NCBI GenBank assembly: GCA_973895155.1
Contig: OZ316893.1
Coordinates: forward strand, 9,425,839-9,489,838
Length of the DNA: 64,000 nucleotides
From: Marsupella aquatica
Taxonomy: Eukaryota; Plantae; Marchantiophyta
Reading direction: 5' to 3'
Part shown: positions 11,528 through 22,683 of the stretch, piece after piece
How positions within the stretch are numbered: the first letter of the stretch is position 1
Layout of the letters: every line of letters starts with the position of its first letter
Translations under genes and position numbers: made by a program
The notes under the pieces: model-generated
Seen by the model: the letters and a program-made list of their open reading frames with translations, nothing else
Database searches by the model: none
Told to the model about the DNA's origin: nothing

Positions 11528-12760
11528 ATGTCTCATCCAGGCTACCTTCCATGTAGTGTGAACTTTGATGCAGTGAAGGTGGCCATGGAGGATCCAGAGG
11601 AGATGGAGAAGGTGCATGCAGCACTACGTTCGACACATTCACTAGTTCAGGCCTTCAACCATAGCTGGCAATTCATGGGAGGATAGGGAATGAAGGAGTC
11701 CAGGTTTATAGAGTACCTAGAGAGTATTGAGGCCAATGCTCCCGACCAAGAGGAGGTGGCCGAGGTTGACGCACCAAATGTCATTGGAGAGCTCGATGGG
11801 GCATCGATTGATCCGCTGCCTACATTCCCAACACTAGCAGACGATGGTTGGGACGATCCAACCTTCTGTGAGATCCAGCTAGATTCTCAGGCAACTACTC
11901 GAACCCCTATCAAGAGTCAAGTGAGGATCACACATGAGAGATACAGGGCAGACGATGAGAGGAGGGACCGTCGAGCACATAGGAGGAGGAGGCGATCTCG
12001 GTCTTTGTCAAATAGTAGCACTGAAAGGAGAAGGCGAAAGGGGAAAGGAACCAATGAGCACAATGCAGAGACATCAAGGTCAAAGAGACGCAGGGGAGAT
12101 CGACATCATGGAGCAGAGAGGAGAAAGGAGCACTCACATTCAGAGCGGCGATCACATCCTCAACAAGCTCCTGCCAGCAAGGAGCACCTCCCCACCATCA
12201 CCCTTGCTGCTTTTGATGCAAGGCCAGACGTTCTGGATGAGAAAGCACTCACAAACAGAGTGCAGACCTGTGTAACTAAACACTGCCCGGTTGGACTTCC
12301 CAGTAAGTAGTGATGTCTTGGCTACATTGTATTAACACCATTCCATAGACGTAGAGTGAAAGCGTATCTTGTGCCAACCTAGACTGAAACCGTGTCTTGT
12401 ATACAGGTGGATTGGATTGCACCAGAGGGTTTAGTAGCACGACCCATTGCAGAGGATGAGGATGCTGACACTGTCCCGCTTGAGGAGGGTACCCAGGAGG
12501 AGGCCCCGGTACCATGCGGACAACATGGTGGGACTTCTCGTGATCTTTTCCCTGAAGGAGGACGAGGGAGGGAGAGACGCAAGGAGGGAGATAGAGAAAG
12601 ACGGAGAGATAGAGAGAGGAGGAGGAGCAGTGGTGAGAGGCATTCCACTAGGGTACCTCGTAGCACTAGAACAACAAGAAGCAAGGCTACGCCGGAGCCA
12701 GATAGTAGTACCTCAGAGCAGGATGACCGGAGGTACGAGTTGCGCCGGCGAGGCGGATAG
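11528..12760 (+). pseudogene. Accessory gene of element A, divergent from the transposase, unknown function
   Basis: ATG at 11528 (gccgccATG-like context), one in-frame TAG at 11684-11686, acidic then Arg/Ser-rich segments, intron 12303-12406 (gtaagt...tacag), second exon ends RRYELRRRGG*. Intron phases do not match as read, implying an indel. Confidence 0.6.
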
Positions 12761-13447
12761 TCAGGACGTGATAGGCAATCTCAACGACATTAGCTAGGAG
12801 GCCTAATTTTGTATGTTACATCTCGGATTTGTATTCAAAACACCCATTTGTGGTGGCATATCATTCCAGGTTACAATGTGTATAATGAATGCATGTATTC
12901 TATATTGAACCAGAACAACAACCCGAACCAATCACGTACTACCATGCCTAATCACGGTAACTACCGTGCCTAATCGTGTATACGTCCTGTTGTGTTACAC
13001 TCTTAACTGTTCCGAACATCGTGATGGACTACATTCCCCAATGTACGTCCGCATACAGAACCAGATAACCATGTTATTTACTGTGTAGACCGTACCAAAC
13101 GTCGTAAGAAACATCACACTTAACCAACTAAACTACGTTGTACCCGTTAAACGTGGTGTCTTACATGGCAATGTACAACGTATCAAACTTGGTTAAACAA
13201 TGTCTAACGTCATTTCTAGCCACGTCAATAGGCCATCTTATCAACAATGGCGCGTTGATATTAACATCGTCTAATACAACGTTAAGTAGAGAACGTCTCA
13301 GTCGGCGACGTTAAGTACGTCATGTAATGCTACGTTAAGAACGTCCATGTGTACATCGTTAGTAACGTCGCTACTTAAACGTCGTTGGGTGGGACTTTTC
13401 CACACGTCTGCTTAAATTACGTTAATCAGGCAGATAATGTAGTTGTG

Positions 13448-16330
13448 CCCTCTGAAGGACTGTCCTTCAACTTGTAAATCCACTTGTTGTCCACCACTTG
13501 GAAGCTCCACCAGCTCCACCAGTTCCCATGTCTTGTTGTCACTCAAAGATTGCAACTCCCTCTGCATTGATGCATTCCACTCATGCTTTTGCTCTAAAGC
13601 ACAAGCCTCATTGTACGAAGAAGGCTCTCCTTCTTCCAAGATCAAAGCCATATCATCATCATCAGGTGCAATGTCAATATCATCTAGCTTAGATGAGTTT
13701 GCCCATTGACCATACCTGGTAGGAGCTCTAGTAGAACGACTGGAAGTTCTTCTAGTAGACATGACTCAAGCTGATCTGCTGCTGCTGCTAGTTGAATTTG
13801 AGGTACCCCAACAACAATCTTCTCCTCTTGTTTCATCACAAGAACCATCTCCAAGCCCGGGTTCTCCATCTCTCTTGTCATGAACAGCATCATGACTAAT
13901 CTACCCCTCAACCCGATCTGGGATGAGAGATTTCCCCTTGTTAGTATGGGAACCCTGAGAACTCTCCCCCTCCTTTGATGATTTGGATTCATTAAAGGAC
14001 ACATATCTACTGACAATTAGTTTACAGGTTACTAGATTCCATAACCTAGATAACCCTTCACACCTTTCTGATAGCCAAGGAAAATGCACTTCTTTGACTT
14101 GGACTCGAGCTTGGATCGAAGCTGGGAAGGTGTAAGCACATAAGCATCATATCCAAAAATCCTTCGATGTGAGTAATCTGCTGGACGTCCGTAACTCGTT
14201 TCAAATGGCGTCTTGAATCCAATAGAACTGGATGGAGAAAATTTACCAAATAAGCTGCAGTGTTGACAACTTCAACCCAAAACTTATGTGGTAAGCATGA
14301 TTGACTCAACATACTACTCGAGCGGTCCAATATTGTCTGATTGAGTCTCTCAAAAACACCATTCTATTGAGGAGTATAACTTGTTGTGAGATGGCGGGTA
14401 ATCCCCTGCTCCTTACAATACATTCCAAATTCCCCAAAACTGTATTCACCGCCGTTATCCGATCGAAGATATCTCACCTTATTACCAGTCTGATTCTCAA
14501 CTTGGGCTTTCCACTCCTTAAAAGTGGCAAAAACATCAGACTTACTGTGTAGAAAGTATATCCACACATACCTTGAGTAATTGTCTATGAACGTGACATA
14601 GTATAATTGTCCAGAATGTGAGGGAGTAGGGGCTGGACCCCACACATCACTATGTACATACTCAAGTACCTCCTTGCTGGTGTGAGTTCCAACTCTGAAG
14701 GGTTTCCGGTGTTGCTTCCCAAGCACACGGTGCTCACAAAATTTCAACTTACAAGATTGCAAATTAGAAAGTAATCCTTTGTTCTGAAGAATAACCAAAC
14801 CTTTTTCACTCATGTGGCCCAAACGGAAGTGCCACAGCCAGGCCGTCTCCTCATGAGATAAGGTTACACTGGCTTCATCACAGACTACACTGCCCTCCCA
14901 AACGTATAGATTGTTATGTCTCTTTCCCTTCAATACAACTTTAGTACCAATTGAAACCTGAAGGACACCATTAGCAGAACTTCACTGATGGTCATTTGCT
15001 TCTAAAACTCTAAGTGAAATGAAATTTTTCATCATGTTGGGAATATGTCTTACATTCCTCAATGTTCTCGCAGCACCATCAAACATCTAAAATCTAACAG
15101 ATCCAAGTCCAACAACTTGACATGGGATTCCATTTCCCATCAACACTGACCCGTTGAAAGCCGTGTAAGAACTGAAAAAATCTCTCCTAGAGCAAATGTG
15201 AAAAATACATGCACTATCTAGAATCCAGTCATCACTACCTGGATTTGACACTACGTTGAGAGCATAACCTTGGCATCACAATATGTCATCATCATCGAGT
15301 AAACTAAATCATGCGAGCTTGATGCCGCGTTAGCTGATGCAATAGGGTCCTTTACTCGACAATCCCTTTTCATGTGGTCAGGCTTGCCACATCTCCAACA
15401 TGCAAGAGGCTTTCTCTCTTGCGATTTCCCTCTGGATTTAGATCTCCCCCATGATGTAGATCTAAATCTGTTATGCCCATTTGTGCACTGCGCTGGTCTT
15501 CCACGGTTCATGTTCAGCGCAGTGCCAGAAGAAGATGCTGTTTGTGATTGACCCAGCTTCTTTTGAGCATCATCAGACAGTAAAGAGCTCACCACCTCAT
15601 TATACAAGATGAACTTTAGATCTCTATACAAGAATAACTGTTTCAAGCCCTGATAAGACGGCGGTAAGGAGCTTAGCAGAAGCAAGGCTTTATCCTCATC
15701 TTCAACTCCCTTTCCCAGGTTTGACAGATCCACCGCTAGACTGTGAAACTCATCCAGGTGATCCTGCAGCTTGCTCCCTTCCTTGAGCCTGAGGCTCATC
15801 AAGAGAGACTTCTTATACAACCGGTTTGACGCATCTTCCCGGTAGTACTTCTCTTTTAGAGCCTTGAATAGTGACGCGCAATCCGCATAATCATCCAACT
15901 TCTTGATGATGTGCGGCTTGAGATAAAGCATCACTACATTGACAGCAATCATCTGCTCCTGTCTCCACTGCTTCTCTGAGATCTTCTCCTCTCCATCATA
16001 CTCCACTCACGAAGGGAGCTGATGAGCTAATCCCATGGCCTGAAGAACACCCTTCACTTGCTTCTCCCACAACAAGTAATCAGTACGACCATCGTACTTC
16101 TCCACCTCAAACTTCACTCCTCCAAATCTAGCCATCTCCCTCTTCTTCCCTACTACCGACAGCTCTGGTAGTAGTGCAGCTTCCTCCACTGCACACCGCA
16201 CCGGTGATCGTACCGGTGATTCTAGTTCCTCCTCAAATGGTAGCAATTCCTTCTCAGACTCTTCGTCTGACCGTCGCGATCCTCAAGCTCCACTGATGCC
16301 AATTCTTCCAGTATCCTTCGAGTCACTCAT
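13448..16330 (-). pseudogene. Copia gag-pol remnant
   Basis: KFEVEKYDGRTDYLLW (gag N-term), LLLSSLPPSY, zinc knuckle CWRCGKPDHMKRDC, protease WILDSAC, LWHFRLGHMSEKG, integrase VHSDVWGP / LRSDNGGEY, RT start ELQSLSDNKTWELV...NKWIYKLK. Several stops and frameshifts. Confidence 0.95.
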
Positions 16331-17724
16331 ATGAAACAATCACGAAAAAATATCTTTTTTCAAAACTTCTCATAAAACTCAAAACTCAACACCGCGGCGT
16401 AGCCCACAAAGCTAGGAGTCCAATCCTGAAAGTCAAAATCAAAATCAAAATTTGACACAAAAGTTATTCAAATTAACCGTTGTCGGATTTGCGATGTGAT
16501 CGGTGCGCCGCGTTGCTAACTCCAGTGGCAACGTCCTCGCCAAAAAAAACCAAAAAAGTTACCGTTTGGCGGACGGAATCTTTGTTGGACGACCAAAAAA
16601 AGCTCTCTATTTTTTGGAAATATTCCCGCACAGTCCGACAGGTCTCACAGGGGGCCGTTCCCCTATTGGAGCGGTTAAAACAGAGGGCGGCAGGTCCTGG
16701 CACAAGAGGAAACAATAAGGAGGAGAAAAAGGCTAAAAATGGGGCTTAAAGGAGGCCCTTAAGTCCCTTAAAACCCAAAATACCCTAAAAGGGCCGGCAT
16801 ACGCACAGGGTATATCCAAGCGGCTGCATACGCAGCCGCGTATGCTGTATGCCGGGCCGGGGAGGAACAGGAAAAAATTGCGAGGAGTGAGGGGCGACAG
16901 GCAGACGACAGGTCGTGCGCATAAGGGCAAGGCAGGGCGCGAACGGGGTCGGGGCCGGCCGAAGGGAGGAAACACCCAAAAAACAAATTGCACAAAAAAA
17001 TTGGCCCTAATGTAACCAAAAAATAATTGCCATTTTCAAAGAAAAAAGGTCGGTTACAAACCTAAATCGCCGCTATTTTAAACAAGCAAAGTGAACGCCG
17101 CCGACGGGAGAGAGTTGCCGAATTGCACTAGCACAGTCTACAAGCTTAGCAGAGACAAAACTTTATGGGGCGTCATACTCTCTCTGCCTCAAGTGCCAAT
17201 CCCGGGCTCAAAATGACTGCCTCGCCGTGGTCAAACCGTTGAGCCGTAGCACTTCGCATTTTTCCCACCGAGTCGGACGTCACGAAGAGAAACCCGGTTC
17301 AGATGGGAACAAGCTCCATAGCTGGTGAAAAAACCTGAACGCCTCCGTCACTCGTCACGTCGCACTCGGTAACAACTTGGCAGCAACTCAGCTACCAAAA
17401 TGACCAGCTCGCTTCAACCTTCAACGTGAGCTATAATGTACGATCCCTCCTGCACCGCACAGCTCACACCGTTGAAATACGTGAACTCTGGTCTCTCCCC
17501 CGAAAAGCCATCGAACACGAATAAAACCTGAACGACGCAAACTCCGATTCCTTCGCACCACGGATACCGATCAGCGAGTTCTAACCACCGTTAGAAAGCC
17601 CTCTTACTAACCTATCTGCTCACCCACACACATTCAAGTTTCATATGACAAAACTCTGAATGTATCACCAACACTGAACGCTGGAAAAACCTGTCACGAA
17701 AAAACCTCGTCACCTCCCAGGCAT

Positions 17725-17736
17725 GCTCTGATACCA
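17725..17736 (-). other. Primer-binding site (initiator tRNA-Met)
   Basis: gctctgatacca on + equals TGGTATCAGAGC on -, two bases inside the LTR end. Confidence 0.95.
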
Positions 17737-17738
17737 CT

Positions 17739-18082
17739 TGTTGAGCATAGACGACATTCGCAACTGCAAGCCCATGAACCATCCAACGCACAAGAGTTGA
17801 CACAGAGAGATACGTGGTTCACCTCCACATGAGGCTATGTCCACGGGAACACACAAGAGCTTTACTACACTCTAGGCCGATCGGCCATACCAAGCATCCA
17901 CAGCACAAGCTCTCCCTATCTCTCAACTAGCTCCGTAACAATGAGCCTAAGTTCCACCAGGGTCTGGCATCAACCCTGGCTATACTCACAACAACACTAC
18001 CGCTAACATTAGCTAAGTCCTAATCCGAGTTAGCCTAACTGTGGTTAGCTCATGAGTCACAAGACTAGAGCAATATCTAACA
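17739..18082 (-). repeat. Copia 5' LTR, about 344 bp
   Basis: Short inverted ends tgttgag...ctaaca (TG...CA) next to the PBS. The partner LTR is not in the window, so the outer boundary is unconfirmed. Confidence 0.75.
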
Positions 18083-19787
18083 TTTCTTGCCCAACTCTTG
18101 CCATGTACTCTCATTACGCATTTGCGCCTTATCCCATATTTTTGTGTTAACTTGAATTACATTACTTGATTACATAATTTCATGTGCTATTTTGAACAAG
18201 GTCTCCGCATTGACAACACTTTTCACATAAAATGGGCAAGAAAGAATTATGGAAAATCCAATATTTTAGTTTGATCCACCTAAAAACCCCAGATTTTAAT
18301 CAACAGTTCTTTACCTTACCTCAATGTATCTATGCAATTCGTTGGCATCGGGCTTGGCAACAACATGGCCGCAAAACAAGCATAGCCACAACACCCTCAT
18401 GGCCAGAGTGACTGCATCGTCATAATGACAAGATGGTCGCAACAACATATGAGATGTCTAAACAACTTTCTTGCCTTGCTTACATTAATTTGCATTGTCT
18501 ACATTTCTTTGGCTCACTTGCATCTTTTTGCATTTCTTTGCCTCAAGTCAAAATGTTCACATCACCCCAAATCTTTGCCTCAATGCAATGTACATTTGAA
18601 CATGCCTTGACATTTTTGTCTTCTTTTGCCTTGACATATTTGCCTTGCCTAAACATCTTTTGCTTATCTCAAAATGTTTTTATCCCTTTCACTCGCGTCA
18701 ACATCTTTTCTCTCCTCAATTTTTTTCTCTTCTCAATTTTTTTTCTCATCTCACCATCTTTTTCTCTCTTTGAAATATTTTCTCAGCTCAACATTTTTTG
18801 CTCACCGTGGCATCTTTTGTTCACCTTGGCATATTTTTCTTTCCTTGAAATCTTTTTCTCATCTCAACATCTATTTCTCTCCTCAACATCTTTTGCTTAC
18901 AGTTACATCTTTTGCTCACCTTTAAAGCTTTTCTCTTGGACTCAACCTTTTTTATCATCTGGACATTGTTTGCTCACTTGGACATCTTTTCTCTCCTTTA
19001 CATGTTTTATCACCTTGACATATTTTTTTCTCTCTTTGACATCCTTTGTCACCTTGACATCTTTCATGCAACGCAAGGGCATTGGGTTCTTGCAGGAAAA
19101 TATGCAAGGACCCTTACATTTATCATCTTGACATCTTTTGCTTACCTTGATAGTTTTCTCTCCTCGACATCTTTTGTTCACTTTGACATCATTTATCTCC
19201 TTGACATCTTTTGTCACCTCGACATCTTTCATGCAATGCACGGGCATTGAGTTCTTGTAGGAAAACATGCAAGGACCCTTACATTTATCCCACGGATTCC
19301 GTTGACATATGATGAATCACTTCCATTTTTATTACGTAGGGTCCAATTTCCATTCGAGTGACATATGCAATGATCATAAACAAACCTCAAGGTCAGACTT
19401 TAGAACATGTAGGGTTACAACTTTCAAAACCTGTATATAGTCACGGACATTTGTATGCAGCATTTTCAAGGGCAATATCTCCTACAACTATCAAGGTTTT
19501 ACTTTCAGATTCCAAGGAGGGTCAAGCAAGGTTGACAAAAAAATTGTATATGACGAGGTTCTTTATTGAACGGGTGAATACGAGGGTGAATAAAGATTGT
19601 ATCACTTTTGTATTAATCTGTTTGACTTTTTGTCTGGATTACATGTTTGCTATGCCCAACCATGTTTGTCTCGCCTCAAAATCTTACCCTCACCTCAACA
19701 TCTTGCCCTCTCCTCGATATCTTGCCCTCTTCTCGACATCTTGCCCTCACTCGAAGTCTTTCGTGCAATGCACGGACATGGGGCTAG
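18083..19787 (+). mobile_element. Helitron 3' remnant
   Basis: PIF1 helicase C-terminal exon; 3' hairpin cgtgcaatgcacg followed by gggCTAG|t at 19784-19788; arrays of (cacc)ttgacatcttt units. Left boundary uncertain. Confidence 0.8.
19261..19569 (+). pseudogene. Helitron PIF1-type helicase last exon
   Basis: After cttgtag| reads KHARTLTFIPRIPL...LPFLLRRVQFP, then after a frameshift VTYAMIINKPQGQTLEHVGLQLSKPVYSHGHLYAAFSRA (helicase motifs V-VI). Confidence 0.92.
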
Positions 19788-20299
19788 TGTTATTATAAGC
19801 GGGAAAACTTATTTGGTGAAATAATTGACCACAGCAAAAGGGACACAACTACACTAATCCGGTCTCCCAATTTGGTGTCGTTTTGCTCTTGGCGGTGTGA
19901 CAGATGTGTAAAACCGGTGTAACGGCCCATCAGCCCATGGGACTATGGGAGTCATGGATTTGTGACTTCGCGACATGATTGTACAGTGAAACTGGTTACC
20001 TACGCACCGCTTTTCGAGCGAGGGAGCATCGTTCATTATTGCGCAAACGCTGGGGAAAGCAGTCTTCTCGATTCCTCTTCTTGGATCATTCGGCGGACGA
20101 AATTGCATTGATACGCTGCTGCAGAGTGGAATCAGAAGTCGAGCTCTTGTCCAAAGGAAGGAACCGGAACATCACCGCTTCGACATCGATGATCGATCGA
20201 TTAATCAATCAAGCAAGCAAGCAAGCAAGGAGAGAAAGGGCGAGCAGCGAGGCGAATTCATCGTGAGACTGTGGGAAACGAAATTCTCCGGAAGTGGCC

Positions 20300-20875
20300 A
20301 TGGGGGTTTTGACGGAGTTGTGGGAGGCCATCCCCGTCTACACGGGGCTGTCGTCCGCCACCTTCGTCACCATTGTAGCTCTGCTGGTGGCCGTGTACTA
20401 CTTGCTCAGCAGCTACTTTGCGCCGCAGCAGGTTGCTGTCGTGTGGGAGCCCCCTCCTCCTCCCAAGCAGCTCGGCACTATCACTGCAGAGGAGCTGGCG
20501 GCTTACGACGGCACCGATGAGAAGAAGCCGCTACTGATGGCCATCAAAGGGAACATCTTCGATGTCTCCCAATCGAGGGGGTTCTATGGTCCTGGAGGCG
20601 CGTACGCGTCGTTTGCCGGCAAAGATGCCAGCAGGGCCTTGGCCAAGATGTCCTTTGAGAAGGAGGACCTCACCGGCGATATCTCTGGCCTGGGTCCGTA
20701 TGAGGTGTCGGCTTTGGATGATTGGGAGTACAAGTTCCATAGCAAGTATCAGAAGGTTGGCGAACTCCCGAAGCGAGAAGTTAGCCCTAAAGAGGAGTTG
20801 CCCAAGGAATTATCGGCAGAGACCACGGAGGATGCAATTCCGGAGTCGGCTGTTGAGACCAAGGACGAAGAGTAA
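20300..20875 (+). CDS. MSBP: Membrane steroid-binding protein (MAPR/MSBP, cytochrome b5-like heme/steroid-binding domain)
   Basis: Intronless 191 aa from ATG 20300; N-terminal TM helix; ITAEELAAYDGTDEKKPLLMAIKGNIFDVSQSRGFYGPGGAYASFAGKDASRALAKMSF...LDDWEYKFHSKYQKVG. Confidence 0.96.
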   Translation: MGVLTELWEAIPVYTGLSSATFVTIVALLVAVYYLLSSYFAPQQVAVVWEPPPPPKQLGTITAEELAAYDGTDEKKPLLMAIKGNIFDVSQSRGFYGPGGAYASFAGKDASRALAKMSFEKEDLTGDISGLGPYEVSALDDWEYKFHSKYQKVGELPKREVSPKEELPKELSAETTEDAIPESAVETKDEE

Positions 20876-22683
20876 ACTTTGCCTTCGTTGAGATTGTTGC
20901 GTCGCTAACCTGTCATTCTGGAAGGACTGAATGTTGCAATCTACGAAGTGTAGGGATGTGTTTTAAGTGCTTGTTCTTGTTGCTTCTGTGCTCCTGAGCT
21001 AGACATAGACCCGATGTGGCCACAGAAAAGATGTGGTCATTTTCAAAGACTGGAAAAAATCACACGTAGTATTTGAGTAACTATGTAGAGTTACAATTCT
21101 GTTTGGTGATATACTATGTGGGCCAAGTATCGTGAAGATCTGCTTCTCTCTTGAAAGAGAAGTGACCCTCCTTGAGCCTCTGGTCGAGGTACTGATTTTG
21201 GGCAATAAAAAAACCGCATGCATGTTTGGTAAAAGTCGTTTGTAAACTCTGATGGGAAGTCGAGAAGGTCCTAAGGCGTCTATGTAGTCCCCATAGTTTC
21301 TTTATCCAAGATGCAATCGTAGACGAAGATTGTCAAGTGTTGATGAATGTGGGTTCTCTAGATAAGATTGCACCCGGGTTGAATGGGAAACTCAGAGTGT
21401 ATGATATTATTGGCATTTTTCGGCACTTGCACTCGACCTTTGTTTCTCCGCCGCAAGCACACTTACAATACTGATTGCAATGCTCTCAGTGATGGAGTTG
21501 TAACAGAACATGCTAACCGACCACTAAATTTCATACTTGTGAGCATTTTCGTGCAGTGAGGGCATTGTCCCACTTTTAATGTTTGAGAGATCAATCGCAG
21601 TTACTTACACCGGGGACGAGGTTGCTTAACTGTAATGTGTACGAGCTATAGTAGACACCAAATACTGTACTGTCGGAGTCGAAAGTGAAAGAGCTGCGCA
21701 TGGAAAGACCAGACTAGGCACAATTCCACTCGCGGAAGCATGCACAGAGTAGGCATACTTTCTTTCTTTGCACAGTTCTGAATATAATTTTCTTGAGTAA
21801 CTTGTGTGCCACATCAATCGTATGAGACACCGTCCCATCTATCTGCTCCACATCAGAAAGTAATTTGGGCGAGCTGAATCGTGCTCGAAGTGCCTAAACC
21901 CGATGGACGGAGTGGTGACTATTACGTCTTTTACGACAAAGCTTATTGACGAATGCAAGAATTGAACTCACATTTCCTAACTCCCCGCATACCGGTGCAT
22001 TCGGTCCATGTTCCTTAGTTCCTTTTCCAGAGTCATGCTGCTCCTCCGCGGACGTTTTCCAGTGAGCAGTGCCGCCTTCCCAGTCAATTCAGACGGTGAA
22101 GGAGACTTGGGCATTCTTTGTATACACTCAATGAAAGAGTAGCCTTTGAACACGTACGGTTCTGCCACACAGTATGAAGCCTCACCCAGTAAACTAAGCA
22201 ACACCATTCCGTGCTTGAAAGCTCACATTGCCAACCAGTCAACTAGGAGAATCTTAGCCCAAGGACATGTGGGAAAACCTCGTAAAGTAATGAACTTTTA
22301 ACCAGCGTCAACATGTATAATTACAAAACACAGGACATGATTCCCCCGATGCCAAGAATAGAATTCACAAGTCCTATCGAAATGATTCCTGGCTGGGAAA
22401 GCTGCGTTGTAATGGCTCCAGGTGCGACTGTCAAAGTGCTTCACATTCTTGTACTGTACGTAGATGACACCTTTGCGGAAAGCCAAGTTTGGATTTTTGC
22501 CATTGTAGCATTCCCATGTCTTTGTCTTCGTTCTCGCCAATCCTCTCAAGATTGGTCAAGATTGATCGAGACTGAACCAAAATCTCACCCGAAGACTCTA
22601 CTACTGCTTGGAAAAATGTGAAGAATCTCAAGGATGCTGGTCAAAGACGGTACTTTCAAGGGTACCCAACTTTGGGACTCGGA

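Larger units (their letters stand above)
6866..13447 (-). mobile_element. CACTA/En-Spm element A (truncated at 6865 by element B)
   Basis: Contains a TnpD-like transposase pseudogene, a SET exon, a divergent accessory gene and ACGT-core repeat clusters. The right boundary is placed where the Copia RT frame is cut (about 13445-13448), after a repeat-dense subterminal zone. Confidence 0.8.
13448..18082 (-). mobile_element. Ty1/Copia LTR retrotransposon, 5' part (RT truncated by CACTA A)
   Basis: 5' LTR, tRNA-Met PBS, then gag-protease-integrase-RT order typical of Copia. Confidence 0.95.

Noticed and set aside
18433-19131. 232-aa Phe/Leu/Ser-rich ORF resembling a membrane protein
   Set aside because: Artefact of the pyrimidine-rich ttgacatcttt array in the Helitron remnant.
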